Shown one piece after another: positions 1-10,071 of a stretch of 64,000 nt of DNA (position 1 is its first letter; each line of letters begins with the position of its first letter). A model generated the notes under the pieces. It had not been told where the DNA came from and did no database searches. It worked only from the letters and a program-made list of their open reading frames with translations. The stretch comes from Phycisphaeraceae bacterium (GTDB lineage: Bacteria > Planctomycetota > Phycisphaerae > Phycisphaerales > Phycisphaeraceae), in the NCBI GenBank assembly GCA_029260635.1, contig JAJDCW010000038.1, positions 745 to 64,744 on the forward strand. The letters run 5' to 3'. A program made the translations under genes and the position numbers.

Positions 1-2
1 AT

Positions 3-71
3 CGGCGTAGTGCCGAGCAGATTATGACCGGGCTGCGTTACGCTGGTTGTTCGACCACTACCGGATATTAA
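3..71 (+). pseudogene. possible IS3-family OrfA-like remnant entering from the left edge (...RRSAEQIMTGLRYAG...stop)
   Basis: Own translation of frame 3. The pattern SAEQI..LR.A.G resembles the N-terminal start of IS3/IS407-group OrfA proteins. Only about 22 codons are visible, so this is weak. Confidence 0.2.
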
Positions 72-112
72 AGCCCTCCCAGCCAACAGGTTGCGGAGGG
101 CTTGTTCGTTCT
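72..112 (+). terminator. hairpin AGCCCTCC-N15-GGAGGGCT followed by the T-rich stretch TGTTCGTTCTT
   Basis: An 8-bp GC-rich inverted repeat at 72-79/95-102 lies directly after the stop at 69-71. The T tract is interrupted. Confidence 0.3.
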
Positions 113-221
113 TATCTGTACGCCCCAAGCCATTTCGCTCTTCGATGTGAGTTTTCGGGGTAGATACTCAGGCTGGGGGAAGCGCCTTGTAGATGGTATG
201 AACATCGAAAATATAATTATT

Positions 222-250
222 TGACCCCCTCCGGAAAACCTGATCCAAGG
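222..250. repeat. candidate left terminal inverted repeat of an IS3-family element (TGACCCCCTCCGGAAAACCTGATCCAAGG)
   Basis: It starts with TG and lies 45 nt upstream of an OrfA-like start. By eye it aligns with the reverse complement of 13047-13075 through the shared blocks CCTCC, GAA, CTG and CCAAG. Confidence 0.3.
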
Positions 251-294
251 AATATGAGAGAATCCACCCGGCCGTAGGCCGGAAAGAACTCCTC

Positions 295-348
295 GTGAAG
301 AAGCGACACAGTGCAGAACAGATCGTGAAATGTCCCACCTTGTTGTGA
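295..348 (+). pseudogene. IS3-family OrfA 5' remnant (GTG-KKRHSAEQIVKCPTLL-stop)
   Basis: Own translation. KKRxSAEQIV is the typical N-terminus of IS3/IS407-group OrfA. The frame terminates after 17 codons. Confidence 0.35.
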
Positions 349-511
349 ATAGGTTCCGGCGTAGTGTGTGCTCAACAGCCTACAAAAGAGGCTGATGAAG
401 TACATGCGGTGCCTCGAACCAAGAAACGACAACTGCAATGGCACACAGCCTCAAGCCGCTGGTGCAGGCGTTACACAGGCAAACGGTTGGGCGGGAAGGT
501 TTGTGCCGTGC

Positions 512-2083
512 TCAGTTATTTATAACGGGGATGGTTTTGTTGGTGGTGGTGCCCGGCCAATTGTCGGTGCGGAAGGGGGAGGCGGGGAGGCCCTGGGTGT
601 TGTAGAGGTTGCAGCCTTCGGGGTTATCCGACCAGGCGTAACGGACGGCCACCGGGTTGGGCACGTCTTCGCTTGAGACGATGACGGTGTTGCCATCGAT
701 GATGGCGTCGGCCCAGACGAAGTTCTTGTCATTGCCCGCGATCTCGAAGCGTTTTAGCGGGCCGTCTTTGGCGGTCAAGCCGCCCGGGGCGGGGGTGAAG
801 TGCAGGCGGATCTGGTCGGACTCGATCGTCATGTATTGGTATTGCGGGCCGGTGTAGGCGAGTTCGGTTTGGCCGTACTCAATAGCCAGGGCGCACAGCG
901 CGAGCCGGCGGGCGACCTCCTGTTTGTTGCGTGGGTGGATGTCGTCGGCTTCACCGAGGTCGATGGCGACGGCCATGGCGGTGTTGGACAGTGACAGGGC
1001 CATGGCTTGTGCTTCACGGAGTTCGGCCCAGGTGCTGGGGCCGGGCCGGTCCGCGGCGGGTTGGTAGTTGGCGAGCTGGACGAAGTAGAACGGGAAATCC
1101 CCCTGCCCCCAGCGGCCGCGCCAGTCGTGGATCAGCAGCGGAAACAGCGATCGGTACTGTTCTGCGCGGGTGGCGTTCTGTTCGCCCTGATACCAGATCG
1201 CGCCGCGGATCGTGTAGGGGATCAGGGGGTGTACCATGGCGTTGAACAGGTTGGCCGGGCGGCGCTGGTTGTCGGCGGGTGCGCGTTGACCGGACTGGTC
1301 TTCGCCTGTCTGGTAGTTTCGGGCGGCTCTGTCCCAGGTATCCAGGATGTCGCGTGCTTCGGGCAGGGACTCGAGCGCTGTACGGCTGGTCCAGGCTTCG
1401 CTCGGCGTGCCGCCCCAGGACGAAGCGATCAGGCCGATGGGGACATCGAGTTTCCGGTTCAGTTGTTTACCGAAGCAGTAGGCGACAGCGGAAAACTTTG
1501 CGACGCTGTCGGGTGTGGCCGGTTGCCAGGACGCTTCGAGGTCGTGGCTTGAAGTGCTTGAGGTTTGATTACGCACTTTAAATAATCGGATGTCGGCTTG
1601 GTCTGCTTCTTTGAGTATCTGTTCGTAGCCGAGGATGCCCGAGTTGTAGTCAGGGGCGACGGTCATTTCCATATTGGATTGGCCGGAGCAGAACCAGACA
1701 TCGCCCATGAGGATGTCGGTGATCGTGATCGCTTCTGATTGCGTCGATACGATCATCTCGTAGGGGCCGCCGGCGGGCATGGGGTCGAGGGTGACGGACC
1801 ACAGGCCTTGCGGGTCGGATTCGGTGTTATGGATTTGCGAGGCGATATGTAGTTCGATGGGCTGCCCGGGGGGTGCCCACCCCCAGACACGGACGTGCTT
1901 GTCGCGTTGCAGGACCATGTGATGATTAAGTACGCCGGGGAGTTTCAGTCTGGTTGGCGGGTCGATGGGCGGCGAAGATGATGGGGACGTCTTGGATGAC
2001 TGCGTGGGTGACAGCCAGAGCAGCAGACACGCGACGATGAGGATCAGCGATCCAAACAACAGTGTGGGGACGAGTCTCTTCAT
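512..2083 (-). CDS. sialate O-acetylesterase-like carbohydrate esterase (SGNH/DUF303 type), secreted
   Basis: Motifs FCSGQSNME, SSWGGTPSEAW, AIWYQGEQN, FYFVQLANY and DIHPRNKQEVARRLA. There is an N-terminal signal/TM segment. The start was trimmed to MKRLVPTLLF (ATG at 2083). Confidence 0.8.
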   Translation of the reverse strand: MKRLVPTLLFGSLILIVACLLLWLSPTQSSKTSPSSSPPIDPPTRLKLPGVLNHHMVLQRDKHVRVWGWAPPGQPIELHIASQIHNTESDPQGLWSVTLDPMPAGGPYEMIVSTQSEAITITDILMGDVWFCSGQSNMEMTVAPDYNSGILGYEQILKEADQADIRLFKVRNQTSSTSSHDLEASWQPATPDSVAKFSAVAYCFGKQLNRKLDVPIGLIASSWGGTPSEAWTSRTALESLPEARDILDTWDRAARNYQTGEDQSGQRAPADNQRRPANLFNAMVHPLIPYTIRGAIWYQGEQNATRAEQYRSLFPLLIHDWRGRWGQGDFPFYFVQLANYQPAADRPGPSTWAELREAQAMALSLSNTAMAVAIDLGEADDIHPRNKQEVARRLALCALAIEYGQTELAYTGPQYQYMTIESDQIRLHFTPAPGGLTAKDGPLKRFEIAGNDKNFVWADAIIDGNTVIVSSEDVPNPVAVRYAWSDNPEGCNLYNTQGLPASPFRTDNWPGTTTNKTIPVINN

Positions 2084-2260
2084 GGGGTTCCGCCAGATAT
2101 TCAGAAGAATAAGCACGAAGAAATTACTTTAACACACATATGCGACGGGGTCTCGAATGCAGGTGGGCTCGGTGGCACCAGCGAAGGGCGTGGTCGATCG
2201 GGTCATCCTAAAGGGTGCGGCCAGTGGTAGAGTGGTACACTTAGGCCGTCAAAATCCAGG

Positions 2261-3097
2261 ATGAATGTATTGGTTAATAGACTCATCAAGAAGGCCGTGG
2301 ATGCCTGCACGACATGGGCCTCGCATCGTGCGATCGATCTCGGGTTAAAGCACGGGCAGCGGAAGTATGTGCGTTTCGTGGTCGTTGGGACGGGACGGTC
2401 GGGGTCTAACTTCCTGCGTGGGCTGCTCAACGCCCACCCCGCGGCGCTGGCTCTAGGAGAAATATTCAGGGAGCACGGCAGGATCGGCTGGGATATCCGG
2501 GGGTACCCGCGTTCGCGCAAGGTCATGACACTGTTTGAAAGACAGCCGGCCCGGTTTATCGAGCAGGTTGTATACAGGCGGTACCCCGGGGGGTTGAACG
2601 CGGTGGGCTTCAAGCTCTTTTATCACCACGCGCGGGACGAGTCGTGGGCACCGGTCTGGGATTATCTTAAGGACGATAAAGATATTCGTGTTATTCACCT
2701 GAAGCGGAAGAACCTGCTGAAAGTGCATCTGTCACAGTGCAAGGCCGATCGTACGGGGCGATGGATCAACACGCGGGGGGTGCGTGAGGCGACGGAGCCT
2801 ATTGAATTGGATCATGACGGCTGCCTGGCGATGTTTGAGGAGACGCGGAGCGATGAGGAGGCTTGCGACAGGTTATTTGCTGAACATGAACTGCTGGGGA
2901 TGAGCTACGAAGACCTGACGACGGATGAGGCGGGGCAGATCGTGCGGGTCCAGACATTTCTTGGGTTGCCGTCCATGCCCGTGAAGCCGAGCACATACAA
3001 GCAGTCGAGCCTGCCGTTGATCCGGTCAATCAGCAACTACGAAGACCTGAGGCGTCGGTTTGCGGGCACGCCATGGGAGGGTTATTTTGAAGATTGA
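2261..3097 (+). CDS. sulfotransferase family protein (Stf0-like)
   Basis: PAPS-binding P-loop-like motif VVGTGRSGSNFLRGLL, then VIHLKRKNLLKVHLS. It is divergent from the esterase and sits at the head of the polysaccharide locus. Confidence 0.7.
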   Translation: MNVLVNRLIKKAVDACTTWASHRAIDLGLKHGQRKYVRFVVVGTGRSGSNFLRGLLNAHPAALALGEIFREHGRIGWDIRGYPRSRKVMTLFERQPARFIEQVVYRRYPGGLNAVGFKLFYHHARDESWAPVWDYLKDDKDIRVIHLKRKNLLKVHLSQCKADRTGRWINTRGVREATEPIELDHDGCLAMFEETRSDEEACDRLFAEHELLGMSYEDLTTDEAGQIVRVQTFLGLPSMPVKPSTYKQSSLPLIRSISNYEDLRRRFAGTPWEGYFED

Positions 3098-3243
3098 CGG
3101 CGTTCCTGAGAGCCGGTGATTGACCGATACATGTGGCAGCGTGCGGGTGGGAACGTGAAACTATTATTATAGTGGAAATAGTCGTATATTTCCGATAAAT
3201 CATTCGTGTCGAATCCTCCAAACGATACTTGAAAAAACCTGCT

Positions 3244-4785
3244 ATGGCATCCTCCCGGCCCACGGCATATATCGTTGTCTTGTTGATCGGCATGGCGGTG
3301 CTGTTCAATATCGAACGGCTGGATTTCGGCGCGGACAACCTGATCGACATCAGCTCGTATGTGTATGTGATCGCGAGCCTGGCGGCGGTGGCGGTGATCG
3401 CGATCCCCTGGCTGATGGGGTTGTCCCCCCTGTTGCTGATCGCGGGCTGCCTGGCTGTATATCTGGTCGCCAAGTTGCTTATCGAAGACGGGCACCCGAT
3501 CATCGGTGGGCTTTATACCTGGATATCCATCGTCGAGGTCGTGATGCTGTCGGCGCTGGTGTTTATCGCTCATCACCTGGCGCATGCGCTGCGTGATTTT
3601 GAGACGGCGTACGGCAAGACACGGCTGGCGGATGTCCGGCGGTCAGCAGATCCGCTGATCTCGGCGGCGCAGATGGTTCAGTCGGCATTCGCGTTGTGTC
3701 GCCGGCATGGCCACCCGTTGGCGGTGGTCGTGGTGGTGCCCGATGCCTCCAAAGACACGCCGGTATCGGGGACACGCCTGATCGAGCGGGTGATGCCGCA
3801 GCTACGCGGCACGGACCTGTTGATGGAGCAGGCCAGCGGCGGGCACCTGGTGGTTGTGTGCCAGCAGACGGAAGCGATCGGCGCGAAGACATTGATACGA
3901 CGCATCCACGCCATGACCGGTCAGCAGGCGGAGGAAGGGGTTATTTGTGCCATGGCGTGCTTCCCGGACGACGGCGTGACGTTTGAGGCCCTGGTACATT
4001 GCGCGGAGGACCGGCTCAAGATCGACCCGATGGATCGCGGCGGCGATGATCCGCCCACGTCGGCCAAGGCGGACCAGGGGGGGGATGAAGAATCGGACCC
4101 CGTGGCGGAAGAGGAAGCGACGCTCTTTGAACGCGTGCCCTGGTTTGGGAAGGTCCGCCCCGATGGACGCTGGTTGCGTGGGCACAAGTACCTGATCGCC
4201 AAGTGTGCGATGGATGTGACGCTGGTCCTTGTGACGATGCCGATTTGGTTGTTGTTTTTGGGCGTGTGTGCGCTGCTGATCAAGTTGGATTCCCCGAGTG
4301 ACCCGGTTATTTTTCATCAGCCGCGCACGGGCATGGGTGGCAAGCGGTATACGATGTACAAGCTGCGCACGATGGTCCGTGATGCCGAGAAGCTCAAGGA
4401 CCGGCACGCGGCGCAGAATCAGCGGCAGTGGCCCGACTATAAGATCGAGGGCGACCCGAGGGTCACGCGGGTCGGTCGGTTCCTGCGGAAGACCAGCCTG
4501 GATGAATTGCCCCAGCTATTTAATGTATTGAAGTGGGACATGAGCCTGGTCGGTCCCCGCCCGACTTCTTTTGAATCGGGGGAGTATCAGCACTGGCAGA
4601 CAGCGAGGCTTGAGGTGATGCCGGGCATCACGGGGCTTTGGCAGCTGATCGGGCGCGGCGACGCGGGGTGGGGCGAGCGCGTTCGGCTTGATATCGCCTA
4701 CATCGAGCGGCGGTGCCTTTGGTTGGACATCCAGATCCTGGTGCGCACGATACCGGCGGTGATCTTCGTGCGGGGTGCGTACTGA
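3244..4785 (+). CDS. polyprenyl-phosphate glycosyl-1-phosphate transferase (WbaP/EpsL-type priming sugar transferase) with N-terminal TM region and an internal degenerate GGDEF-like domain
   Basis: The C-terminal bacterial sugar transferase domain carries PVIFHQPRTGMGGKRYTMYKLRTM, DELPQLFNVLKWDMSLVGPRP and GITGLWQ. The middle segment resembles GGDEF but reads QASGGHLVVV at the signature position. The track start is a TTG at 3229; the ATG at 3244 is preferred. Confidence 0.85.
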   Translation: MASSRPTAYIVVLLIGMAVLFNIERLDFGADNLIDISSYVYVIASLAAVAVIAIPWLMGLSPLLLIAGCLAVYLVAKLLIEDGHPIIGGLYTWISIVEVVMLSALVFIAHHLAHALRDFETAYGKTRLADVRRSADPLISAAQMVQSAFALCRRHGHPLAVVVVVPDASKDTPVSGTRLIERVMPQLRGTDLLMEQASGGHLVVVCQQTEAIGAKTLIRRIHAMTGQQAEEGVICAMACFPDDGVTFEALVHCAEDRLKIDPMDRGGDDPPTSAKADQGGDEESDPVAEEEATLFERVPWFGKVRPDGRWLRGHKYLIAKCAMDVTLVLVTMPIWLLFLGVCALLIKLDSPSDPVIFHQPRTGMGGKRYTMYKLRTMVRDAEKLKDRHAAQNQRQWPDYKIEGDPRVTRVGRFLRKTSLDELPQLFNVLKWDMSLVGPRPTSFESGEYQHWQTARLEVMPGITGLWQLIGRGDAGWGERVRLDIAYIERRCLWLDIQILVRTIPAVIFVRGAY

Positions 4786-6026
4786 TGCCGCGCCGGTCGA
4801 AGGTGGCGTACATCATGTCGCGGTTCCCGCACCTGCCGGAGACATTTATCCTCCGAGAGATGCAAGAGCTTCGTCGGCTGGGCTGGGAAATTGCGCTGTA
4901 CCCCCTGGTTGTACAGGAGTCGGCGGTGGTTCACGACGAGGCCCGGGCGTGGATGCCAGAGGTCCGCTGCCCGGGGATGTTCAGGCCCGGGATTATTGGG
5001 CGTGCGTTGATGACGCTGGTACGCCAGCCGATCCGCATGGCGTCTCTCCTTGGCGAAGTCATATGGCATAATCGGGCGAGCCCGGGGTTCCTTCTGCGCG
5101 GGCTGATGATGTTGCCCAAGGCGGCGTGCGTGGCGGGGATGATGAAACGGGAAGGCGTCGAGCATATCCACGCCCATTACGGGACACACTCGGCGTTATT
5201 CGCTTATCTGGTCCACCGGCTTACAGGGATCAGCTATAGCGTGACGGTTCACGCGCACGACATCTTTGTTTGCCGGGCCATGCTCGGGACAAAGCTCAGG
5301 CACGCCGAGTTTGTCGTTGCGATATCCGAGTTTAATCGTGAGTACCTCGGCAAGAGGGTTGGGCTCTGGGTGCGGGAGAAGACGCACGTGATTCGGTGTG
5401 GGATCGATCCGGACCAGTACGCCTCAGCCGGCGGGTCGCCCCGGTCGGGCGGGGTGTTTGAGATATTTAGTATTGGCAGCCTCCAACCCTACAAGGGGTT
5501 TGCGCATCTGATCCGCGCGTGTGAGCTGCTCCGTGATCGAGATATAAACTTCCGATGCAGGATCGTGGGCGAGGGTGTGTTGAGGCAAGAGCTTCAGGCG
5601 ATGATCGACAAAGCGGGTATGGGCGACCGTGTCGAGCTTGTGGGAGCCAAGACACAGCAAGAGGTGGCGGGGATGCTGCCCGAAGCGGATTGCTATGTCC
5701 AGCCCAGTGTCGTGACGCCGTCCGGCAAGATGGAGGGGATACCGGTCGCGATCATGGAGGCGTTGGCCTGTGCCCGGCCGGTGGTGTCCAGCAAGCTATC
5801 GGGTATCCCGGAACTGGTTGAGGACGGCTTGACGGGATACCTGGTGCCTCCGGGTGACGCGGAAGCGTTATGCGAGCGTCTGGCGCTGGTACATGCGGAG
5901 CCCGATAGTGCGAAAAGATTGGGGATGGTGGGGCGGGCACGGGTGCTGGATGAATATCGGCTTGATCAGAATGTGGACCGGTTAGCAGGTCTGTTTAAAG
6001 ATACAATCCTTGTGAAGCAGACGTAA
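4785..6026 (+). CDS. glycosyltransferase family 4 (WcaL-like)
   Basis: GT4 C-terminal signature EGIPVAIMEALACARPVVSSKLSGIPELVEDGLTGYLVPPGD. The ATG overlaps the preceding TGA by 1 nt (TGATG). Confidence 0.85.
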   Translation: MPRRSKVAYIMSRFPHLPETFILREMQELRRLGWEIALYPLVVQESAVVHDEARAWMPEVRCPGMFRPGIIGRALMTLVRQPIRMASLLGEVIWHNRASPGFLLRGLMMLPKAACVAGMMKREGVEHIHAHYGTHSALFAYLVHRLTGISYSVTVHAHDIFVCRAMLGTKLRHAEFVVAISEFNREYLGKRVGLWVREKTHVIRCGIDPDQYASAGGSPRSGGVFEIFSIGSLQPYKGFAHLIRACELLRDRDINFRCRIVGEGVLRQELQAMIDKAGMGDRVELVGAKTQQEVAGMLPEADCYVQPSVVTPSGKMEGIPVAIMEALACARPVVSSKLSGIPELVEDGLTGYLVPPGDAEALCERLALVHAEPDSAKRLGMVGRARVLDEYRLDQNVDRLAGLFKDTILVKQT

Positions 6027-6041
6027 AGCGTATGCACGGGC

Positions 6042-7430
6042 ATGGAAAGACGGGTGGCGGGCCACGTCAATGGAATCATGTTTATGAAAGACTTGCTGCG
6101 GGTGGCGTATCGTGCCCTGCTTCGGGATGACCGGGGGCTGGTCCTGCTTGTATTTATCCTTTACACAAGGATCTCGGCACAACTCAGCGCGTATCACGGC
6201 ATCAACCGGGTGATGACCCTGGTGATGGGTGTGCTTGCTTTGGCGATTGTTACGCGCTGGTTGATCGATGGGGAGAGGACTCGGTACTGGGTTAGGCCGG
6301 CGCTGTGGATCGGGGTGTACATCACGATCTGCATGGCATCGATCCGTGGAGCGGAGGAGCCCGATCGCGCCTGGGCGGGGATTGAATTTCTTTTTAAGAG
6401 CACCCTGCTCGTGATGGTCCTGGTGACGCTGGTTCATTCCGCTGAGAATCTTCGGCGGGTGGTGTGGGCGGTGATCTTTGCGGGCATCGCGATGGGCTCG
6501 ATCTGCACGGTTCAGAGCCTGCTGGGCTTATCTGAAAACCACCTTGGTGGGTTTGCCGTCACACAGTACAGCCATATCGTGGGAAAACTGCACGCGTTTC
6601 GAGCGGGGGGAACTATCAATGATCCAAATTACTTCGCGCAGGTGATGGTAGTGGTCTTCCCGCTGGCGATAGAGCGGCTGTGGGCGGCAAGGCAGAGGCT
6701 CCATCTGATTTTGCCGGCGTGGGCGCTGTTTGTCAGCCTGTACACCGTCGTGCTGACGTATTCCCGGGCAGGTGTGTTGGCGATCTTTGTGATGGTGGTC
6801 CTGCTGATGCCGATGCTGGTCCGCCGCCGACCCCGACCGATCAACCTGGCGGTGATGGGCGTGGTATTGTTAGCACTGGTGCCTATACTGCCCGAGGGCT
6901 ATGTCAGCCGGATGACCGGACTCCATTATGTGATGCGGGACGACACTACCAAGTCCGACGAGGCCAAGACGACTTCGCAGAAACTGCTTGAGGAGCCCAG
7001 CTTCCGTGGTCGACTCAGCGAAAACATCGTCAGCCTTCAGATGTTCCGTGACCACCCGCTGCTTGGGGTGGGCTTGAATAACTACCAGGTGAATTACCAG
7101 CGGTATTCACAGCCGCTGGGTCTGGACCCGCGGACGGAAAGGCGCTCGGCACACAACCTGTACCTGGAATCGTTTGCCGAGACGGGGCTGCTGGGCGGTG
7201 TGGTATTCTGCAGCATGCTCTGCGTGCTCGTCTACGGGGCCAGGCGGACCAGGCTAGAACTCAAGCGACGCGGAGATGTTGAACAGGCGGAATTGGTTTC
7301 GGCGGTCACGATCGGGGCGATCGGTTTCTTTGTGGCTGCGGTATTCCTGCACGCATCCTTTGCTTATCACATGTGGTTCCTGATCGGCCTGGGCTTTGCA
7401 ATGCCGCGGGTGGCCGAGGCGACAGAATGA
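6042..7430 (+). CDS. O-antigen ligase/polymerase family membrane protein (Wzy-like)
   Basis: Polytopic membrane protein with the Wzy_C-type motif RSAHNLYLESFAETGLLGG. Confidence 0.75.
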   Translation: MERRVAGHVNGIMFMKDLLRVAYRALLRDDRGLVLLVFILYTRISAQLSAYHGINRVMTLVMGVLALAIVTRWLIDGERTRYWVRPALWIGVYITICMASIRGAEEPDRAWAGIEFLFKSTLLVMVLVTLVHSAENLRRVVWAVIFAGIAMGSICTVQSLLGLSENHLGGFAVTQYSHIVGKLHAFRAGGTINDPNYFAQVMVVVFPLAIERLWAARQRLHLILPAWALFVSLYTVVLTYSRAGVLAIFVMVVLLMPMLVRRRPRPINLAVMGVVLLALVPILPEGYVSRMTGLHYVMRDDTTKSDEAKTTSQKLLEEPSFRGRLSENIVSLQMFRDHPLLGVGLNNYQVNYQRYSQPLGLDPRTERRSAHNLYLESFAETGLLGGVVFCSMLCVLVYGARRTRLELKRRGDVEQAELVSAVTIGAIGFFVAAVFLHASFAYHMWFLIGLGFAMPRVAEATE

Positions 7431-8878
7431 GCCTGAGGCGAGCGACCGTTATCGGTGGGGTGTGGAGCTACGGCACGTTCGCGGTCGGCAAGGTTCTGAT
7501 CTTCCTGAGCACGGTTGTGTTGGCCCGCCTGCTGGTCCCCGCCGACTTCGGCTTGCTGGCGTTGGGGCTGGTTACGATCAACTACCTGGACCGGGTAAGC
7601 GGGATGGGGGTCGGGGCGGCGCTGATCTACCGCCAGGAGTCGCCACGGCGCAGCGCGGGCGTTGCCTTGACGCTGGCCGTCCTGATCGACGCGGCGCTGA
7701 TGTTGGCGGTGATCCTAGCTGCGCCCTGGATCGCGGCCGCGTTTGAGAACCCGGCCATCACGTCGATCGTGCGTGTGCTGGCGGTCGGCTTCTTTGTCGC
7801 GAACCTTAAGAATATCCCCGAGTCTCTGATCCGTAAGGACCTGGCGTTTCATAAGCGCGTCGTCCCGGAGCTTGGCAAGAGTTTTATCAAGGGCGGCGTG
7901 GCGATCCTGATGGCGTGGTGGGGCTGGGGCGTATGGAGCCTGGTCTGGGGGCAGGTGGCTGGGGGCGCGGCTTCGATGGTGCTGTACTGGGCGCTCTGCC
8001 GAAGCAGGCCCCGGTTTGCGTATGACCGTGAGATCGCCGGTTCGATCCTTGCGTATGGCGCGCCGATTGTGATGCTGGCCCTGCTGGGCACCGTCTGCAA
8101 CAGCCTGGATTACATCTTCATCGGCCTGCGGATGGACGCGGATCAGGCGGGGTACTACGCGATGGCGTTTCGGATGCCGGAGCTGGCGATTCTTAGCGTC
8201 GGGTATTCGATGAGCCACGTGTTATTCCCCGCCTATGCAAAAATCCAACACGCCCGGGAACAGATCCGTGGTGGGTATCTGATGACGCTTCGGTACCTGA
8301 CCATGCTCACGGCACCGTTAAGCGTGGGCCTTTATCTGGTAAGCCCAGAATTCGTGACGGTTTTTTATTCGCAGCGTTGGGAACCTTCGATTACGGTGAT
8401 GCAGATGCTGTCACTGTACGCGTTGGTCTTGTCGCTGTCCGGCAACGAGGGAGATGTTTACAAGGCGGTCGGTCGGCTGGATGTTCTGTATAAGCTGATG
8501 CTGGTGCAGGTGGTTTTGATGGGGCCGGTGTTGTGGTATGCGGCGGGGCACGGGATCTACGCGGTGTCGGTCGGACTGGTTGCTATGGGGGGGCTGCTAT
8601 TAGTCTTGCGTCTTGCGGTCGTCGGCCGCTTCCTGGGTATTAAGATGCGGGATCTATATAAAGCGCTTGGCCCGGCGGTGATCGGAACCTTAGTTATGTT
8701 CATTGGGACGTGGGCCGTCAGGTGGGGCTTGGCCGATTACGGCCCGGTGATGAAGCTGGCGGTTTCAGTGGTGGCCGGTGGGTTCCTGTATGTGGCGGCG
8801 CTGCGGGTGCTATATCCCGGCCTGGTGAAGCAGGCGGTCTCGATCGCCGGCCTGTCCAGGAAGGCGGCGAAGCCATGA
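7427..8878 (+). CDS. polysaccharide flippase (Wzx/MOP superfamily)
   Basis: About 12-14 TM helices in a typical lipopolysaccharide biosynthesis/Wzx arrangement. The start MSLRRATVIGG forms an ATGA overlap with the upstream stop. Confidence 0.75.
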   Translation: MSLRRATVIGGVWSYGTFAVGKVLIFLSTVVLARLLVPADFGLLALGLVTINYLDRVSGMGVGAALIYRQESPRRSAGVALTLAVLIDAALMLAVILAAPWIAAAFENPAITSIVRVLAVGFFVANLKNIPESLIRKDLAFHKRVVPELGKSFIKGGVAILMAWWGWGVWSLVWGQVAGGAASMVLYWALCRSRPRFAYDREIAGSILAYGAPIVMLALLGTVCNSLDYIFIGLRMDADQAGYYAMAFRMPELAILSVGYSMSHVLFPAYAKIQHAREQIRGGYLMTLRYLTMLTAPLSVGLYLVSPEFVTVFYSQRWEPSITVMQMLSLYALVLSLSGNEGDVYKAVGRLDVLYKLMLVQVVLMGPVLWYAAGHGIYAVSVGLVAMGGLLLVLRLAVVGRFLGIKMRDLYKALGPAVIGTLVMFIGTWAVRWGLADYGPVMKLAVSVVAGGFLYVAALRVLYPGLVKQAVSIAGLSRKAAKP

Positions 8879-10071
8879 CGGCGATACTATTTTGGGCCAG
8901 CGTGTTTGCGGTCTTTTATGTGTATGCCGGGTATCCGATGATGTTGACGGCGCTGGCGCGGGTGCGCAAGCCGATCGATTATGCGAGCCAACCGCCCTAC
9001 CGTCCTACCGTCACCTTGATAATCGCCGCGTATAACGAGCAGGCGGTGATCGGTGGCAAACTGGATAACACCCTTGCGAGCGGATACCCGGAAGAACGTC
9101 TACAAATCATCGTCGCGGCGGACGGGTCGGATGACCAGACCGTTCCGATCGTTCAAGGGTATGCGGACCGGGGTGTGGCGTTGAGCTATTCGCCTGAACG
9201 GCTCGGCAAATCAGCCGCGATCAACCGCGCGATGAGTATGGCTAAGGGTGAAGTCATTATCTTCTCGGATGCAAATAATCATTACGAGCACCAGACCCTG
9301 ACGCGGCTGGTACAGCCTTTTACCGACCCCGGGGTGGGCGCGGTCAGCGGCGCGAAGGTGATCCGGTCAGAGGACGGCCAACTCGGCGAGGCGGAGGGGG
9401 CTTACTGGAAATATGAATCGTTTATCAAGCGCCAGGAAACCAGGCTGGGGTCGTGTACCGCGGTGGCGGGTGAGATACTGGCGGTGCGCCGCGGTCTGGT
9501 GGCACCGATCCCGGACCGGGTGATTAACGATGACTTCTATCTGGCGATGCACGTGCTGCGCCGGGGATTCCGGATCGTGTATGAGCCCGGGGCGAGGTCG
9601 GTGGAGCGGGGATCGCTGACGGAGCGCGACGAGGCGATGCGCAGGGCGCGGATCGTGGCGGGCCGTTACCAGGCGATGCGGATGTCGCCGAGGTGCCTCC
9701 CGTGGTGGAGGCCTGTAGTTGTCTGGCAGGTGCTGTCACATAAATTTGCCAGGCCCCTGGTGCCGATCTTTATGATCGGGGCGCTGGTCGCCAACCTCGT
9801 TGCGGTGGCGGCACCTCCGCGAACGGGCGATGATGGGTTCTGGCGATTGGTGGAGCCTTACAACTGGATCGCGTTGGGTTTGCAGGGGCTGTTTTACATG
9901 ACCGCCCTGCTGGGTACATTTGTGAAAGGGCGAGGCGTGTTTGCAAGGATTGTATACATCCCGAGCTTTCTTGTGAGGAGCAACCTTGCGGCGTTGATCG
10001 GGTTGTTCCGCTTCGTGTCGGGTCGGCAGACACCGATCTGGCAACGGGTCGATCGGCAGGAGGAGGGGTGA
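8875..10071 (+). CDS. glycosyltransferase family 2 with C-terminal TM helices (synthase-like)
   Basis: Motifs IIAAYNEQAVI, VAADGSDDQT, IFSDANN and RRARIVAGRYQ. ATGA overlap with the flippase stop. Confidence 0.85.
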   Translation: MTAILFWASVFAVFYVYAGYPMMLTALARVRKPIDYASQPPYRPTVTLIIAAYNEQAVIGGKLDNTLASGYPEERLQIIVAADGSDDQTVPIVQGYADRGVALSYSPERLGKSAAINRAMSMAKGEVIIFSDANNHYEHQTLTRLVQPFTDPGVGAVSGAKVIRSEDGQLGEAEGAYWKYESFIKRQETRLGSCTAVAGEILAVRRGLVAPIPDRVINDDFYLAMHVLRRGFRIVYEPGARSVERGSLTERDEAMRRARIVAGRYQAMRMSPRCLPWWRPVVVWQVLSHKFARPLVPIFMIGALVANLVAVAAPPRTGDDGFWRLVEPYNWIALGLQGLFYMTALLGTFVKGRGVFARIVYIPSFLVRSNLAALIGLFRFVSGRQTPIWQRVDRQEEG

